In this document: positions 1-9,364 of the stretch, in pieces
Numbering within the stretch: position 1 is the stretch's first letter
How the letters are laid out: the number at the start of each line of letters is the position of its first letter
Source: a virus
Length of the DNA: 64,000 nt
Virus record (IMG/VR): IMGVR_UViG_3300028840_004184
Span: 1-64,000 of that record
Direction: 5' to 3' (one strand)
Position numbers and translations under genes: made by a program
The notes under the pieces: generated by a model
Seen by the model: the letters and a program-made list of their open reading frames with translations, nothing else
Database searches by the model: none
Told to the model about the DNA's origin: nothing

Positions 1-1
1 T

Positions 2-754
2 AAAGACATAGATTTGTGTTTGCTTCCTAATAGTTTTGAAGTATCACGTAAATGTGATATTGAATTTCGTAAAGCGTTTGCTGGTGCTCTTCAGGAGGGT
101 GTTTATATACATGATGTTTTAAAAGAAGTTTTTGAGAAGCAAGGAGTATGGACCAAGGAGCATGAAAAAGATTTTAAGCGACTTGGTGTTGAGCTTCAGG
201 CACATATATTATTGCTTGAAAAATATAAGACGGCAAAAGATAAGACTAATGCTAAAAAAACTGCGTTAAAGCTTGTCGAAATTCGTAATGACATTATGGC
301 TATGAATGAGAGAAGACAGCAGGCTTATGTTTATTCATGCGAGGGTGTTGCCAACGAGGTACGTATGGAGGCTTATATAGCTTATGCAGCCGTTGATGCC
401 AGTGACTATACTAAGAATTATTATAAAAATTATGAAGATTTCAAACTAAGACGAGATGAACAAGCAGCCGTTGATCTTTGGGCATTTTATCTTAAGCAGA
501 TGATGAATGAGAACATGGGATTTATAGAAACATTGCCCGAAAACCGTTTTTTGGTTGAGATAGGTTATTTGACTGATGATCTTAAGAAGGCTATAAAAAT
601 TAACAAAGGAGTTAAGGAGGCACTTGATAAGGCCAAAGAATTGGATTCTAAGAATGTTAAGAAAAAGAGCGGGAGTGCCAAGAAAAAAACCGTGGCAAAA
701 AAAAACGAATCAAATAAGAGGAAAACAAAGAAGAAGAAAAAGACTCGCCGTTAG
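2..754 (+). CDS. Hypothetical protein upstream of tape measure (possible tail assembly chaperone), 5'-truncated by window edge
   Basis: Reading frame is open back to the window start (aaa gac ata gat ttg...). Helical protein with a Lys-rich C-terminus, directly before the TMP gene. Chaperone role is inferred from position only. Confidence 0.45.
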   Translation, partial: KDIDLCLLPNSFEVSRKCDIEFRKAFAGALQEGVYIHDVLKEVFEKQGVWTKEHEKDFKRLGVELQAHILLLEKYKTAKDKTNAKKTALKLVEIRNDIMAMNERRQQAYVYSCEGVANEVRMEAYIAYAAVDASDYTKNYYKNYEDFKLRRDEQAAVDLWAFYLKQMMNENMGFIETLPENRFLVEIGYLTDDLKKAIKINKGVKEALDKAKELDSKNVKKKSGSAKKKTVAKKNESNKRKTKKKKKTRR

Positions 755-777
755 TTTATACAGGGAGGCGAATATAG

Positions 778-3700
778 ATGGCTAGCGATATGCTACTGAC
801 TGCAAAAATTAAGTTTACTGATGTAGATATATCTAAGGTCCAGTCCGTATTAGCTAAACTTAAGGGCATTAAAGTCCCTATAGATACTACGGCTATAAAT
901 CAAGCACAACAACGCATGGCCGCCCTTACTTCTCAGTTAAGGAGAACGCAGGGACAGGCTGCTGCTTTACAACAACAGTATGGTCGTTTTAGGCAGCATA
1001 ATAGGTCTATTCAAAATGCTCAAAGGAACATGAACCGATTGGGTACTTCAACTAATCGGGCTAGAAGACATATGTTATCTTTGAGTGAAAGAATGCAGGA
1101 GATTGCACCTCGTGCCTTAGCCTTCCGTATTGCCACCACTCTTATTAATGGTTTTGTTAATGCTATTAGTGATGCTATAAATTTTATACGTGAGATGGAT
1201 CAGATTCTTGCTGATGTTAAAAAGGTGTCTGGTTTGACAACTCTTGAGTTGGAGTTGATGGGTGATAAAATTATAGAGGTTGCTAGTAATTATGGTATTG
1301 CAGCCAGAGAAGTTGCCGAACAGTTTAGAACTATTATCCAGGCTGGTTTTGATGCCAGCAGGGCTTTTGATGTAGTTGCTCAGGCGGCAGAGGGTGCTGC
1401 GGCTACTACATTGAATTTTGGTCAGGCTACTGAGGTTCTAATTCAAACTATAAAAGTATTTGGTGATGAAGAAGCAGATACAATTTTTGATCGAATTGCC
1501 GTTGCTGAGTCTACAGCCGCTGCTACTGCTACTGATGTTCAAGAAGCGATGAAACGTAGTGCCGCCACTTTCAGAGAAGTCAATGCGTCTGTTGATGATA
1601 TGATTGGCTTGATTGCTGCTTTGCAGGAATCGAGTCGTCGCGGTGGTGCTGTTGTTGGTACGGCTTTTAGGACTATCGCTACGCGTATTATTGCTGGTGA
1701 TACGGCTAAGGCTGTTGAAGATCTTGGCGTAGCTACCAAGAACGCAGATGGTACGCTGCGTGATTTTGGCGAGTTATTGGGTGAACTTAGTCTTAAATTT
1801 AAAACTTTGACCGAAGCCGAGAAGGTACAGGCTGGTACTGTTATTGCTGGTCGTCGTCAGTTTGAGTCGTTCTTTCAGATATTGAATAGTCTTGATAAAG
1901 CACAAATAGTGTCTCGTGAGTCGGCTAGGGCTCATGGCGAAGCCCAGAAGCGTGCCGCTATACAGGTTGAGACGATTAATGGCTTAATGAATCAATTAAA
2001 CAATTCGTTTTTAGCCGCTGTTAGGGGTGTTAATGACCTTGTTCCTGTCCTTGGTATATTTAAGCAATTAATTAAGTTATTGAATACTTTGCTGACTACA
2101 GCAGATGGTGCCGTTGCCAAAGTTGCTGCATTGGGTGCTGCTTTTATAGCTATGAAGGGTACAGCAAAAGTACTTGGTCCTTTGTTTGGTGGTCTTACTC
2201 GTGGTGTTGGTGGTCTTGTTGGAGTCGGTGGTGGCCGTGGCCGTGGTGGAGGCATCCCCGGACGCAATATTACTGTTTTGCCAGGCATGGGTCTTCCTGC
2301 ACGACATCAAAGCCGTGTTGTCGGTGGTGCTTCTGGTGGTGGACCTGGGGCTGTTCAGGCGACCAAGGGTATGATGAAGTCTCTTGCTGGTTTTAAAACT
2401 ATTGCCGGTGGGTTCGCGTTGGCTACTGCTTTTATGGGATCAGAGATTAAGGAAGCTGGATTTTCTATGGAAGATTTCGGCTTATCAGCGAATGCTACTA
2501 CTGAGGAAATCGAATATGCACGCAAGGCTTTTGAGGACACTAAGGGCGGTGTCAGAAGATTTGCTGACGAACTTGTTTCTTCTCTTGGTCCTACCGCGAT
2601 GGGTTTTATGATTAACCCTGTCGTCGGGCTTGGTGTTGCTATTTTGCAGGCTGGTCCGAGGATATGGAATGCTATTGATACGTATGTTGAAGCCAATAAA
2701 GCCTATGAAGTTGCTGTGAGGTCTCGTGGCATCCCCGCGACAATGGATTTAGCTGATGCTATTGAGGAACTTGAGAAGGAAGGCAGAACAGCAGAGGCTG
2801 CTATTTTACGTTATAAAGATGAAATAGGTAAGCTTAGTGCGGATCTTGTTAGAGTAAGATCTGCTGGTGAAACAGAGATGGCTGATGATATAACAAAGGC
2901 AATAGAAACTGCGGACATTAAGCTTAAGTTTTTTGAAGATGCTGAAAATCAGGCGTCTGCCCTTGGTAGTCGCGTGAGTGCCATTTTAGAAGAATTTAAA
3001 AAGCAGGCAGAGGGCGTCAAAATGTCTGCTCAGGAGATGCGTGATAATATTATCAAAGCACTTTTGGGAGACCCTAATGTTGAAAATGTTGCTCAAGCAG
3101 AGGCGATATTAACATCTGGCGATATTTTTTCTGATGTAATGAGGCAGGCTGGTTATGATCTTGAGTCGGTTGCCAAGGGTGGTAATTTATTACTTCAGGT
3201 GGTTGATCAATTTAATGATGCTGTTGTCAAATTGTCTACTACCAGGATAGACCTATCGACGATTTTAGATTCTGATGCATATATAAATGCTGTCCATGAT
3301 ATGAATGTGGAAACATTAAAGATGGCATCTGCTTCTTTAATATATAGCGAAGGTATTACTGACAGTATAGCTCTTAAGCGTGAACAAGCCCAGCTTGAGC
3401 TTGAAATTGCTCAGGAGTCGAATAAGAAGCAGCAGAAATTATTTAAAACAAACCTTGAGGCATTTGTTGAATCAATAAGTGAAATGAAGGGATACAGTGC
3501 TGCTCAGAGTACTATGTTCACAATGGATATGGAGAAGTTTTTCAAGTCCGTTTCTGCTAATGGCCAGGGCGTCGTAGATGCGGAGGCTGCTCTTAGAGGA
3601 TTAACCGAGCTTCTTCAGGGTAGATATGTACAGAGCACGGAAAAAAATATAAAATTGATACAGACTCTGCATGGTTTATGGCTGGATAATGAAAAAAGTT

Positions 3701-5919
3701 TATCTAAACTTAATCGTTCACAAATTAAGCATAAAAAAGTTGTGGACGATACAGATCTGGAAAGGCTTGTCCGTCAGTTAGAGGAAGAAAACAAAGTTAG
3801 GGAAAGAAGCATTGAGGTTATGGAAGCTTCACGTAGGCTTCTTGAGGGCACAGATATCGATTCAACTAATTTAATGGAGGTCCAAAGTGTGTTTGAGGCT
3901 TTGGCTGGCGGGTCTATAGAAACAAGTAGCGGTATGGCCAAGCTTTTAAAGTCCATTGATGAATTTGAAAATCCTGTGGCGAAACTAAGTCATGAAATAC
4001 AACGAGCTATAGGTGACGGGATTCATGAAGTTGATGTTTTGAAAAATAGAAATGATAGTATAAAGGAAGAAATAGATAGACTTAATGAAGCCAATAAGGC
4101 CGGTGATAGAAATGCCGAGATTGCTAAACGAGAAGCAGAAGTATTAGAGAACGAAAAAGATATTATGTTAGCTCGTATTAATACTATTAAAAATGTAAAT
4201 GATTTGAATAACAAGCTTAGGTCTGAAGAAAAAGACGCTGCTGAAAAGTTAGCCGATGCACAGAGTAAGCTTATCAATGCGTTTATGAATCTTGAGGATC
4301 AGATGGCTGCTCTTAGTGAAGAAACATTAACCGCTATGACCCAAGAAGATATTAATGCTCAGAATGATTTAAAAGACGCACAGCAGGCTGTTATAGATTC
4401 TACGGAATCGTTAGCCGATGCTTATGCTGACCTTGTTGATTCACAGTTGAATCTTGGTGATGCTATAACAGGATATAGGATTGGTGTATCGTTAGCTGCC
4501 CGTGAGGTAGATGTTATACGTGGTCGTATACGTGGTTTTTCTGACCAGATGCGTTCTTTACAAAATGTATATACTGATATTTTAGATACCGCAGTTATGA
4601 CAGAGACAAAACGTCTTGAGTTAATGCAAGAGATGGCGTCAGCACAGTTAAGTTTGGTGGAGTCTGTTATTGATGAAACTAAGTCGATAGGTCAGCGTCT
4701 TTTTACTGCTACGGCTGAAGAAGCAACTGACTTGGTAAGTGGATTTGCTGCTTTAAGAACTGTTATAGAGCAGTTCCAGGGAGCCGGTGGGTTCGGTGGG
4801 TTGGACATTAATGAATTTGGTAATGCTTTGATGAATTTACCTCAGGCTACTCGTCAGGCCATGGTGGATGCACTCGGTATGCTCCCGGAAACCGCCACTC
4901 TGGGAGGATTAAGTAAACAAGAGATAGAGAATATATTATTTGGTGCTGCTGTTGGTGAATCTCAGGAGGCTAATATACAAAATATAAGTGATTTAACCGA
5001 AAGACAAACAGATCTTATGGTTGAAATAGCCGAATTAAATAAGACGGGCATAATATCAGCACACCAGCAGCTTGATGCAGCAGAGGAACAACTATCTTTG
5101 GCCGAAGAGCAATTAGCTTTGGATGAAATAATGCTTGAAAGAGCAGACCAGAATGTTGTTGATGTCAGAAATGAGATTAGGTCGGCAGCTTCGTTGTTGA
5201 ATATTACTCAGGAAAAAGTTGGTGAAGTAGTTGTTGGTGGAGTAATGTCTGCTACTGATTCAGATATGCATCAGAGAGCAACGGAGCATGCTTCAAGATT
5301 GGCAGAATTAGAGCGTATTGGCGTAAACACCGATGGTTTACGCGATGCTTTTTTATCTCTTAAGGAGAGTGGTATCAATGTGGCCAAACTAGGTGGAGCG
5401 GCACATGGCAATATACCGCGTAATTTTGCTGCTGGTAATACGAATATTGCTGGTTTAGTAGCTGCATATATGCGTGAGAAAAGAATGGGACCTCCAGGAT
5501 CTCGTCCTGTAATAGCAAACGATTCTGAGTGGATTATACCTACGAGATCTAAGGGGAATGTCAAGAATTATCAAGCTGGTAACAAGAGTGCCATACCCAT
5601 CGAAAGTAGAGAAATTGTTAGCTTGTTGAGCAATATTTTGGAAGCCGTTCAGGCACAGCCTACGGTTGAAGATAGTGCCCCTACTACTGGTGCTATAACA
5701 CCCGAACAGAGAATTGAAGCTATTATTAATGTCAATGCTGAACAAAAGGTACAAGTAACTGGTGCATCTAGTGTAGCCAACGCTGTTGCTGAAGCAGTTA
5801 AAGATGGATTGAATGGATATGTTACGGATGATGCTATGGAGGCTATCAGTGCCGAGATAATGGAGATACTTAGTGTATTGAGAGAAAGAGGACTTACTAA
5901 TATATTTGGAAGAGGATAG
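778..5919 (+). CDS. Phage tail tape measure protein (TP901-like core)
   Basis: 1713 aa, Ala-rich and helical/coiled-coil. TP901-type segments (EMDQILADVKKVSG, SRRGGAVVGTAFRTIATRI) and a C-terminal GNIPRNFAAG motif. GGAGG RBS upstream. Confidence 0.9.
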   Translation: MASDMLLTAKIKFTDVDISKVQSVLAKLKGIKVPIDTTAINQAQQRMAALTSQLRRTQGQAAALQQQYGRFRQHNRSIQNAQRNMNRLGTSTNRARRHMLSLSERMQEIAPRALAFRIATTLINGFVNAISDAINFIREMDQILADVKKVSGLTTLELELMGDKIIEVASNYGIAAREVAEQFRTIIQAGFDASRAFDVVAQAAEGAAATTLNFGQATEVLIQTIKVFGDEEADTIFDRIAVAESTAAATATDVQEAMKRSAATFREVNASVDDMIGLIAALQESSRRGGAVVGTAFRTIATRIIAGDTAKAVEDLGVATKNADGTLRDFGELLGELSLKFKTLTEAEKVQAGTVIAGRRQFESFFQILNSLDKAQIVSRESARAHGEAQKRAAIQVETINGLMNQLNNSFLAAVRGVNDLVPVLGIFKQLIKLLNTLLTTADGAVAKVAALGAAFIAMKGTAKVLGPLFGGLTRGVGGLVGVGGGRGRGGGIPGRNITVLPGMGLPARHQSRVVGGASGGGPGAVQATKGMMKSLAGFKTIAGGFALATAFMGSEIKEAGFSMEDFGLSANATTEEIEYARKAFEDTKGGVRRFADELVSSLGPTAMGFMINPVVGLGVAILQAGPRIWNAIDTYVEANKAYEVAVRSRGIPATMDLADAIEELEKEGRTAEAAILRYKDEIGKLSADLVRVRSAGETEMADDITKAIETADIKLKFFEDAENQASALGSRVSAILEEFKKQAEGVKMSAQEMRDNIIKALLGDPNVENVAQAEAILTSGDIFSDVMRQAGYDLESVAKGGNLLLQVVDQFNDAVVKLSTTRIDLSTILDSDAYINAVHDMNVETLKMASASLIYSEGITDSIALKREQAQLELEIAQESNKKQQKLFKTNLEAFVESISEMKGYSAAQSTMFTMDMEKFFKSVSANGQGVVDAEAALRGLTELLQGRYVQSTEKNIKLIQTLHGLWLDNEKSLSKLNRSQIKHKKVVDDTDLERLVRQLEEENKVRERSIEVMEASRRLLEGTDIDSTNLMEVQSVFEALAGGSIETSSGMAKLLKSIDEFENPVAKLSHEIQRAIGDGIHEVDVLKNRNDSIKEEIDRLNEANKAGDRNAEIAKREAEVLENEKDIMLARINTIKNVNDLNNKLRSEEKDAAEKLADAQSKLINAFMNLEDQMAALSEETLTAMTQEDINAQNDLKDAQQAVIDSTESLADAYADLVDSQLNLGDAITGYRIGVSLAAREVDVIRGRIRGFSDQMRSLQNVYTDILDTAVMTETKRLELMQEMASAQLSLVESVIDETKSIGQRLFTATAEEATDLVSGFAALRTVIEQFQGAGGFGGLDINEFGNALMNLPQATRQAMVDALGMLPETATLGGLSKQEIENILFGAAVGESQEANIQNISDLTERQTDLMVEIAELNKTGIISAHQQLDAAEEQLSLAEEQLALDEIMLERADQNVVDVRNEIRSAASLLNITQEKVGEVVVGGVMSATDSDMHQRATEHASRLAELERIGVNTDGLRDAFLSLKESGINVAKLGGAAHGNIPRNFAAGNTNIAGLVAAYMREKRMGPPGSRPVIANDSEWIIPTRSKGNVKNYQAGNKSAIPIESREIVSLLSNILEAVQAQPTVEDSAPTTGAITPEQRIEAIINVNAEQKVQVTGASSVANAVAEAVKDGLNGYVTDDAMEAISAEIMEILSVLRERGLTNIFGRG

Positions 5920-5921
5920 TC

Positions 5922-7385
5922 ATGACAACCGAAAGTAAAACTAGGAATTCTCCCGCTAGTATAGTAGAGGTCCATTATGGCGAATATCGTCTTATACCTG
6001 CTCCATTAATTCAATGGACCGAGGAGAGCGAGCATGACCCAGATACAAAAGGGCGTACCGTACAACGAACTAGATTGAAGCTCGATGGTACTTTTATTAT
6101 TTTACCAACCGGTACCTATGAAGGTATGTTCGAGATGCAGAAAGCGTTACGTAAAGCCTTTAGTGTTGATGGTCGAGAATTTCGCATCTTGGCTGGTGCT
6201 GGTAATACAACGTTGCCTTCTGGTGCTCCGATTGTCAGTGGCATGTTCCCGCTAGTTACTAATGTAGACATAGAGGCTGACTTGCAACACAATAGGGTTG
6301 ATTATACAGTCGATCTTGAGGTTGAAGCGGCGTCTACTAGTGGTCAGGCGTTTGAAAGTCTAACCGATACGTGGGACTTAACAGAAAATCCGGATGGTTT
6401 ATATCTAGATGTTGTGCATAATGTGTCGGCTAGAGGTATTAACACTTTAGCTTCTGGAACAAACGCTGTACATAATGCCATCAATGCCGTTTATCCACTT
6501 CTTGGTGTTGACAAGATGCCTTATTATTTGCCATATTATACGGAGCCAAATGCTAGCGGTGGCGGCACTGTACAAATGTATCATGTTGCCGTTAATCGTA
6601 CCGAGCAGATAGACACAAGGGGTGGTAATTATTCTGTTACGGAGAGTTTCATTTTAGCTTCTGGTACTGACCCATATGTGCATAGTGTCAACTCTAGTTT
6701 CGATGAAGACGAAGATGGCATAGCCACAGTTAAGGTTAATGGCAAGATACAGGGCTTGGGGCGTAGTAATTTTAATGGTGATAATGGCGGTATTGCTTTT
6801 GATAGAGCCCTTAATGGTTTTTCGACTGATATACAGCCTAACTTACCATCTACTGCTTCTGGTGTGTATTTAAGATACAAGAGTGGGACTTTATATACGA
6901 CCAATCATCTTGGTTTTTCAATCAGTGAAAACAGAACGCGTGGTACTATCAATTACAGTATTAGTTATAATGATGACCCAGCAGAGAATTTGCCTAGCGG
7001 TATTGTTGAGGCGACATCATCAGTACAGCGTACAGATGGTATACGTCTTTATGGTTCGCATCCTATTCCGTTTCGAAGATTAGGCAATGTTGTGCAGGAT
7101 ATTAAAACAACCACCGAGGGACAAATGGTTATTACTGCTTCAGCTAAAGCCGAGAATACTGGTGATGCTACAGCAGATACCAATAGAGCTATTTTACATG
7201 TACAAGATGAAATTAATAGATTAAAACCTAATTCTGCTGATTTTCAAACCCTTAGACCTGGTGCGATGACTGAGAATCATAGCGACAAGGAACTTACTGC
7301 TCAAGCTAGTGTGACCTATATTTTTACTATTGATCTGGCTAGTGTTTTTGAGGTGGATAGTGATATCGCGTTACACACGCTTTAG
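5922..7385 (+). CDS. Putative tail/baseplate structural protein
   Basis: 487 aa, beta-strand-rich, immediately after TMP; 9 Ser-Gly dipeptides. Confidence 0.6.
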   Translation: MTTESKTRNSPASIVEVHYGEYRLIPAPLIQWTEESEHDPDTKGRTVQRTRLKLDGTFIILPTGTYEGMFEMQKALRKAFSVDGREFRILAGAGNTTLPSGAPIVSGMFPLVTNVDIEADLQHNRVDYTVDLEVEAASTSGQAFESLTDTWDLTENPDGLYLDVVHNVSARGINTLASGTNAVHNAINAVYPLLGVDKMPYYLPYYTEPNASGGGTVQMYHVAVNRTEQIDTRGGNYSVTESFILASGTDPYVHSVNSSFDEDEDGIATVKVNGKIQGLGRSNFNGDNGGIAFDRALNGFSTDIQPNLPSTASGVYLRYKSGTLYTTNHLGFSISENRTRGTINYSISYNDDPAENLPSGIVEATSSVQRTDGIRLYGSHPIPFRRLGNVVQDIKTTTEGQMVITASAKAENTGDATADTNRAILHVQDEINRLKPNSADFQTLRPGAMTENHSDKELTAQASVTYIFTIDLASVFEVDSDIALHTL

Positions 7386-7393
7386 GAAGGATA

Positions 7394-7960
7394 TTGACGA
7401 TGGTTAATGTACCTATAGTGGAAATACGAGAATGGGAAACCACAAGCAACCCTTCTGGTATTCGTATATCTGATGACACGGATACGTTGAACGCTAGTGG
7501 GTTTTTAGGAAGCCGTGGTACCGCTGCTGGAGATACTTTGATTTACCAGCCCCTTAATACAACTGTGTCTGGGCAAGTTAGTGATACCAAGATGTTGGTT
7601 GGTCATGTTGAGTCATGGGGAGATGCTAGTGGTATTTCCAATATGTCTCTTTTTATGTCGTCCTTAAGTCATTTTAACGCAGGTAATTATCGATTTTTAT
7701 ATAGATTTGCAACACATTGGGTAAGTGGCTTACAGCTTACGGAGAATGATAGCGATTTACCAACGTCACAACCTGGTTCGCAGACTGTATTTAGTACACT
7801 TGGTAGCGGGATATTAAAGGACACTGGTTATTATGATGAAACGCAGGCGACACAATATATGTATGTGGCTACGTTTATAGACTCTGATGTCCCTATTGGT
7901 ACATACGGCGGTCCTGGAACAGGCGGATTTCGCTATCGTTTTCTTTTTGATTTTAGTTAA
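7394..7960 (+). CDS. Putative virion structural protein (paralog of next ORF)
   Basis: 188 aa (start may be the ATG at 7400). Shares SNPSG and the C-terminal QYxY...PxGxYG...G..R..L.D pattern with 7970-8557. Confidence 0.55.
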   Translation: MTMVNVPIVEIREWETTSNPSGIRISDDTDTLNASGFLGSRGTAAGDTLIYQPLNTTVSGQVSDTKMLVGHVESWGDASGISNMSLFMSSLSHFNAGNYRFLYRFATHWVSGLQLTENDSDLPTSQPGSQTVFSTLGSGILKDTGYYDETQATQYMYVATFIDSDVPIGTYGGPGTGGFRYRFLFDFS

Positions 7961-7969
7961 GAGGGTAAA

Positions 7970-8557
7970 ATGAACGAAATGCCAGGCTTAACATGGTATC
8001 AATTTGATACTACTGAGTTATCCAACCCTTCTGGTGAGCGTCATATTGAAGGAGGGGCGTTTGCATTTGAGCGAGCAATAGCTAGTGGGACGTGTGCAAG
8101 TGGTATGGCTTTTCCTCAAATAACTATGGAGGTGCCTGGATATGCTGATCATTATGTTTCGCGTCCTGTGGCGGTAATATTCCGCCTCAGCACAATTGCT
8201 AGTGGCAGTGGTATCGCGGACATGAGATTTTATCTTACGGAGGATGCTGCTTTGAGCGGTGATGGAAATGAACCGAAGGCTTTTGTCCAGATTGCCGTTA
8301 GTGGTCAGTGGCTTCCTAATTGTACTATGCCGAGTGGAGCTAATGACAAGATGTATAAAAATGTTATTCCTGCTGTAGCAAATGTTAGTGGCCAGGCAGG
8401 TCAATTCGCTATTGAGGGAACAAACGACAATTTTGTTTCACAGTATATTTATATGAATGTAGTTGTTCCTAGTCGTTATCCTGTAGGGGATTATGGTATT
8501 TGTGGTAGTGGTCAGTTGCGTTTTTGTCTTTTGTATGATTATCAATCTATAATTTAG
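7970..8557 (+). CDS. Putative virion structural protein, very Ser-Gly rich
   Basis: 195 aa; 10 of 16 serines are followed by Gly; paralog of the upstream ORF. Confidence 0.55.
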   Translation: MNEMPGLTWYQFDTTELSNPSGERHIEGGAFAFERAIASGTCASGMAFPQITMEVPGYADHYVSRPVAVIFRLSTIASGSGIADMRFYLTEDAALSGDGNEPKAFVQIAVSGQWLPNCTMPSGANDKMYKNVIPAVANVSGQAGQFAIEGTNDNFVSQYIYMNVVVPSRYPVGDYGICGSGQLRFCLLYDYQSII

Positions 8558-8570
8558 TGTATATATTATA
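8555..8570 (+). promoter_or_regulatory. Candidate phage (late) promoter motif TAGTGTATA-N3/4-TATA, copy 1
   Basis: Same motif recurs at gene boundaries 19468 and 63002. Confidence 0.4.
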
Positions 8571-8662
8571 TGCAACTCGGCTCTGCTCAAGAGCTACATC
8601 CTCCCAAAATGTCGTTTTTTTCAATTTATTCATTTCTGTGTAGGTTTGCAGGAGGTGCAAAG

Positions 8663-8851
8663 ATGGCTACTATTAATTCGACTTCTTCTACGAATAACGT
8701 CAACCAGATTTTGTATAGTTGGAGTACCGTAATGGAGTATTTCACTGATCGTAAGGCTGGTAGCGTTGCTGCTCGTGACAGCATTGTAAAGCTTCAGGGT
8801 CTTGGCGTTAGCGTGACTGTGACAAATCCTTTTACAAGCAAGTCTTCGTAA
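8663..8851 (+). CDS. Small 62-aa Ser/Thr-rich hypothetical protein
   Basis: Strong RBS GGAGGT at 8651-8656 supports ATG 8663 over 8570; followed by a terminator. Confidence 0.65.
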   Translation: MATINSTSSTNNVNQILYSWSTVMEYFTDRKAGSVAARDSIVKLQGLGVSVTVTNPFTSKSS

Positions 8852-8871
8852 TTGAGGGTAGGTAGTTAGGG

Positions 8872-8904
8872 GATGGTCGGGGATTTCCCCGACCATCTAT
8901 TTTT
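8872..8904 (+). terminator. Rho-independent terminator
   Basis: Perfect 11-bp stem GATGGTCGGGG/CCCCGACCATC, loop ATTT, followed by TATTTTT. Confidence 0.8.
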
Positions 8905-8917
8905 AAGGTACATAATT

Positions 8918-9364
8918 ATGATTAAGCCAACGATACACCATGATAATACAAGTGGGGTTATCAGGTTTAATACTCATTTGAATAAGCCCGTGATCTATAC
9001 AATGTGTAAAATGGAGCATGAGGCTTTTTTTATTAGTTATACGGCTGTAAATAATCTAGTTGTATTACCAGCACAAGTATCATCGGTTTGGCCTAAATAT
9101 TTGCAGGCATTTTTGTTTGGTGGTAAGAAAGTTAATGCTGATTATCGTGGCAACAGCTTTCATTGTGGTAAAGAGATATACGTTGCCGAGAATGTTGATG
9201 CGATTTTGCGAGGCGACGAGTATGAGTGGGTTGCTTTAGTAGATGTCCCTCATGATATTAGATGTGTGTATGTTAATTTAGATGTGTATGATGGTAAGAA
9301 GCATGTCAGGAGATTACAAATTGATACCTTTTTTGGGCGTAGCAGGGCAATAAATTATGAGTAG
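8918..9364 (+). CDS. Hypothetical protein
   Basis: ATG 8918 lies downstream of the terminator after AAGG; the ORF-track start 8873 lies inside the hairpin. Confidence 0.55.
   Translation: MIKPTIHHDNTSGVIRFNTHLNKPVIYTMCKMEHEAFFISYTAVNNLVVLPAQVSSVWPKYLQAFLFGGKKVNADYRGNSFHCGKEIYVAENVDAILRGDEYEWVALVDVPHDIRCVYVNLDVYDGKKHVRRLQIDTFFGRSRAINYE

Noticed and set aside
680-717. Slippery A-AAA-AAC site in the gene before the tape measure (classic tail-chaperone -1 frameshift)
   Set aside because: The -1 frame reaches TAA at 715-717 within about three codons, so no extended product forms; Lys codons explain the A-runs
8570-8662. N-terminal extension of the small ORF (start 8570)
   Set aside because: No RBS and it overlaps the promoter-like motif; the strong RBS supports 8663
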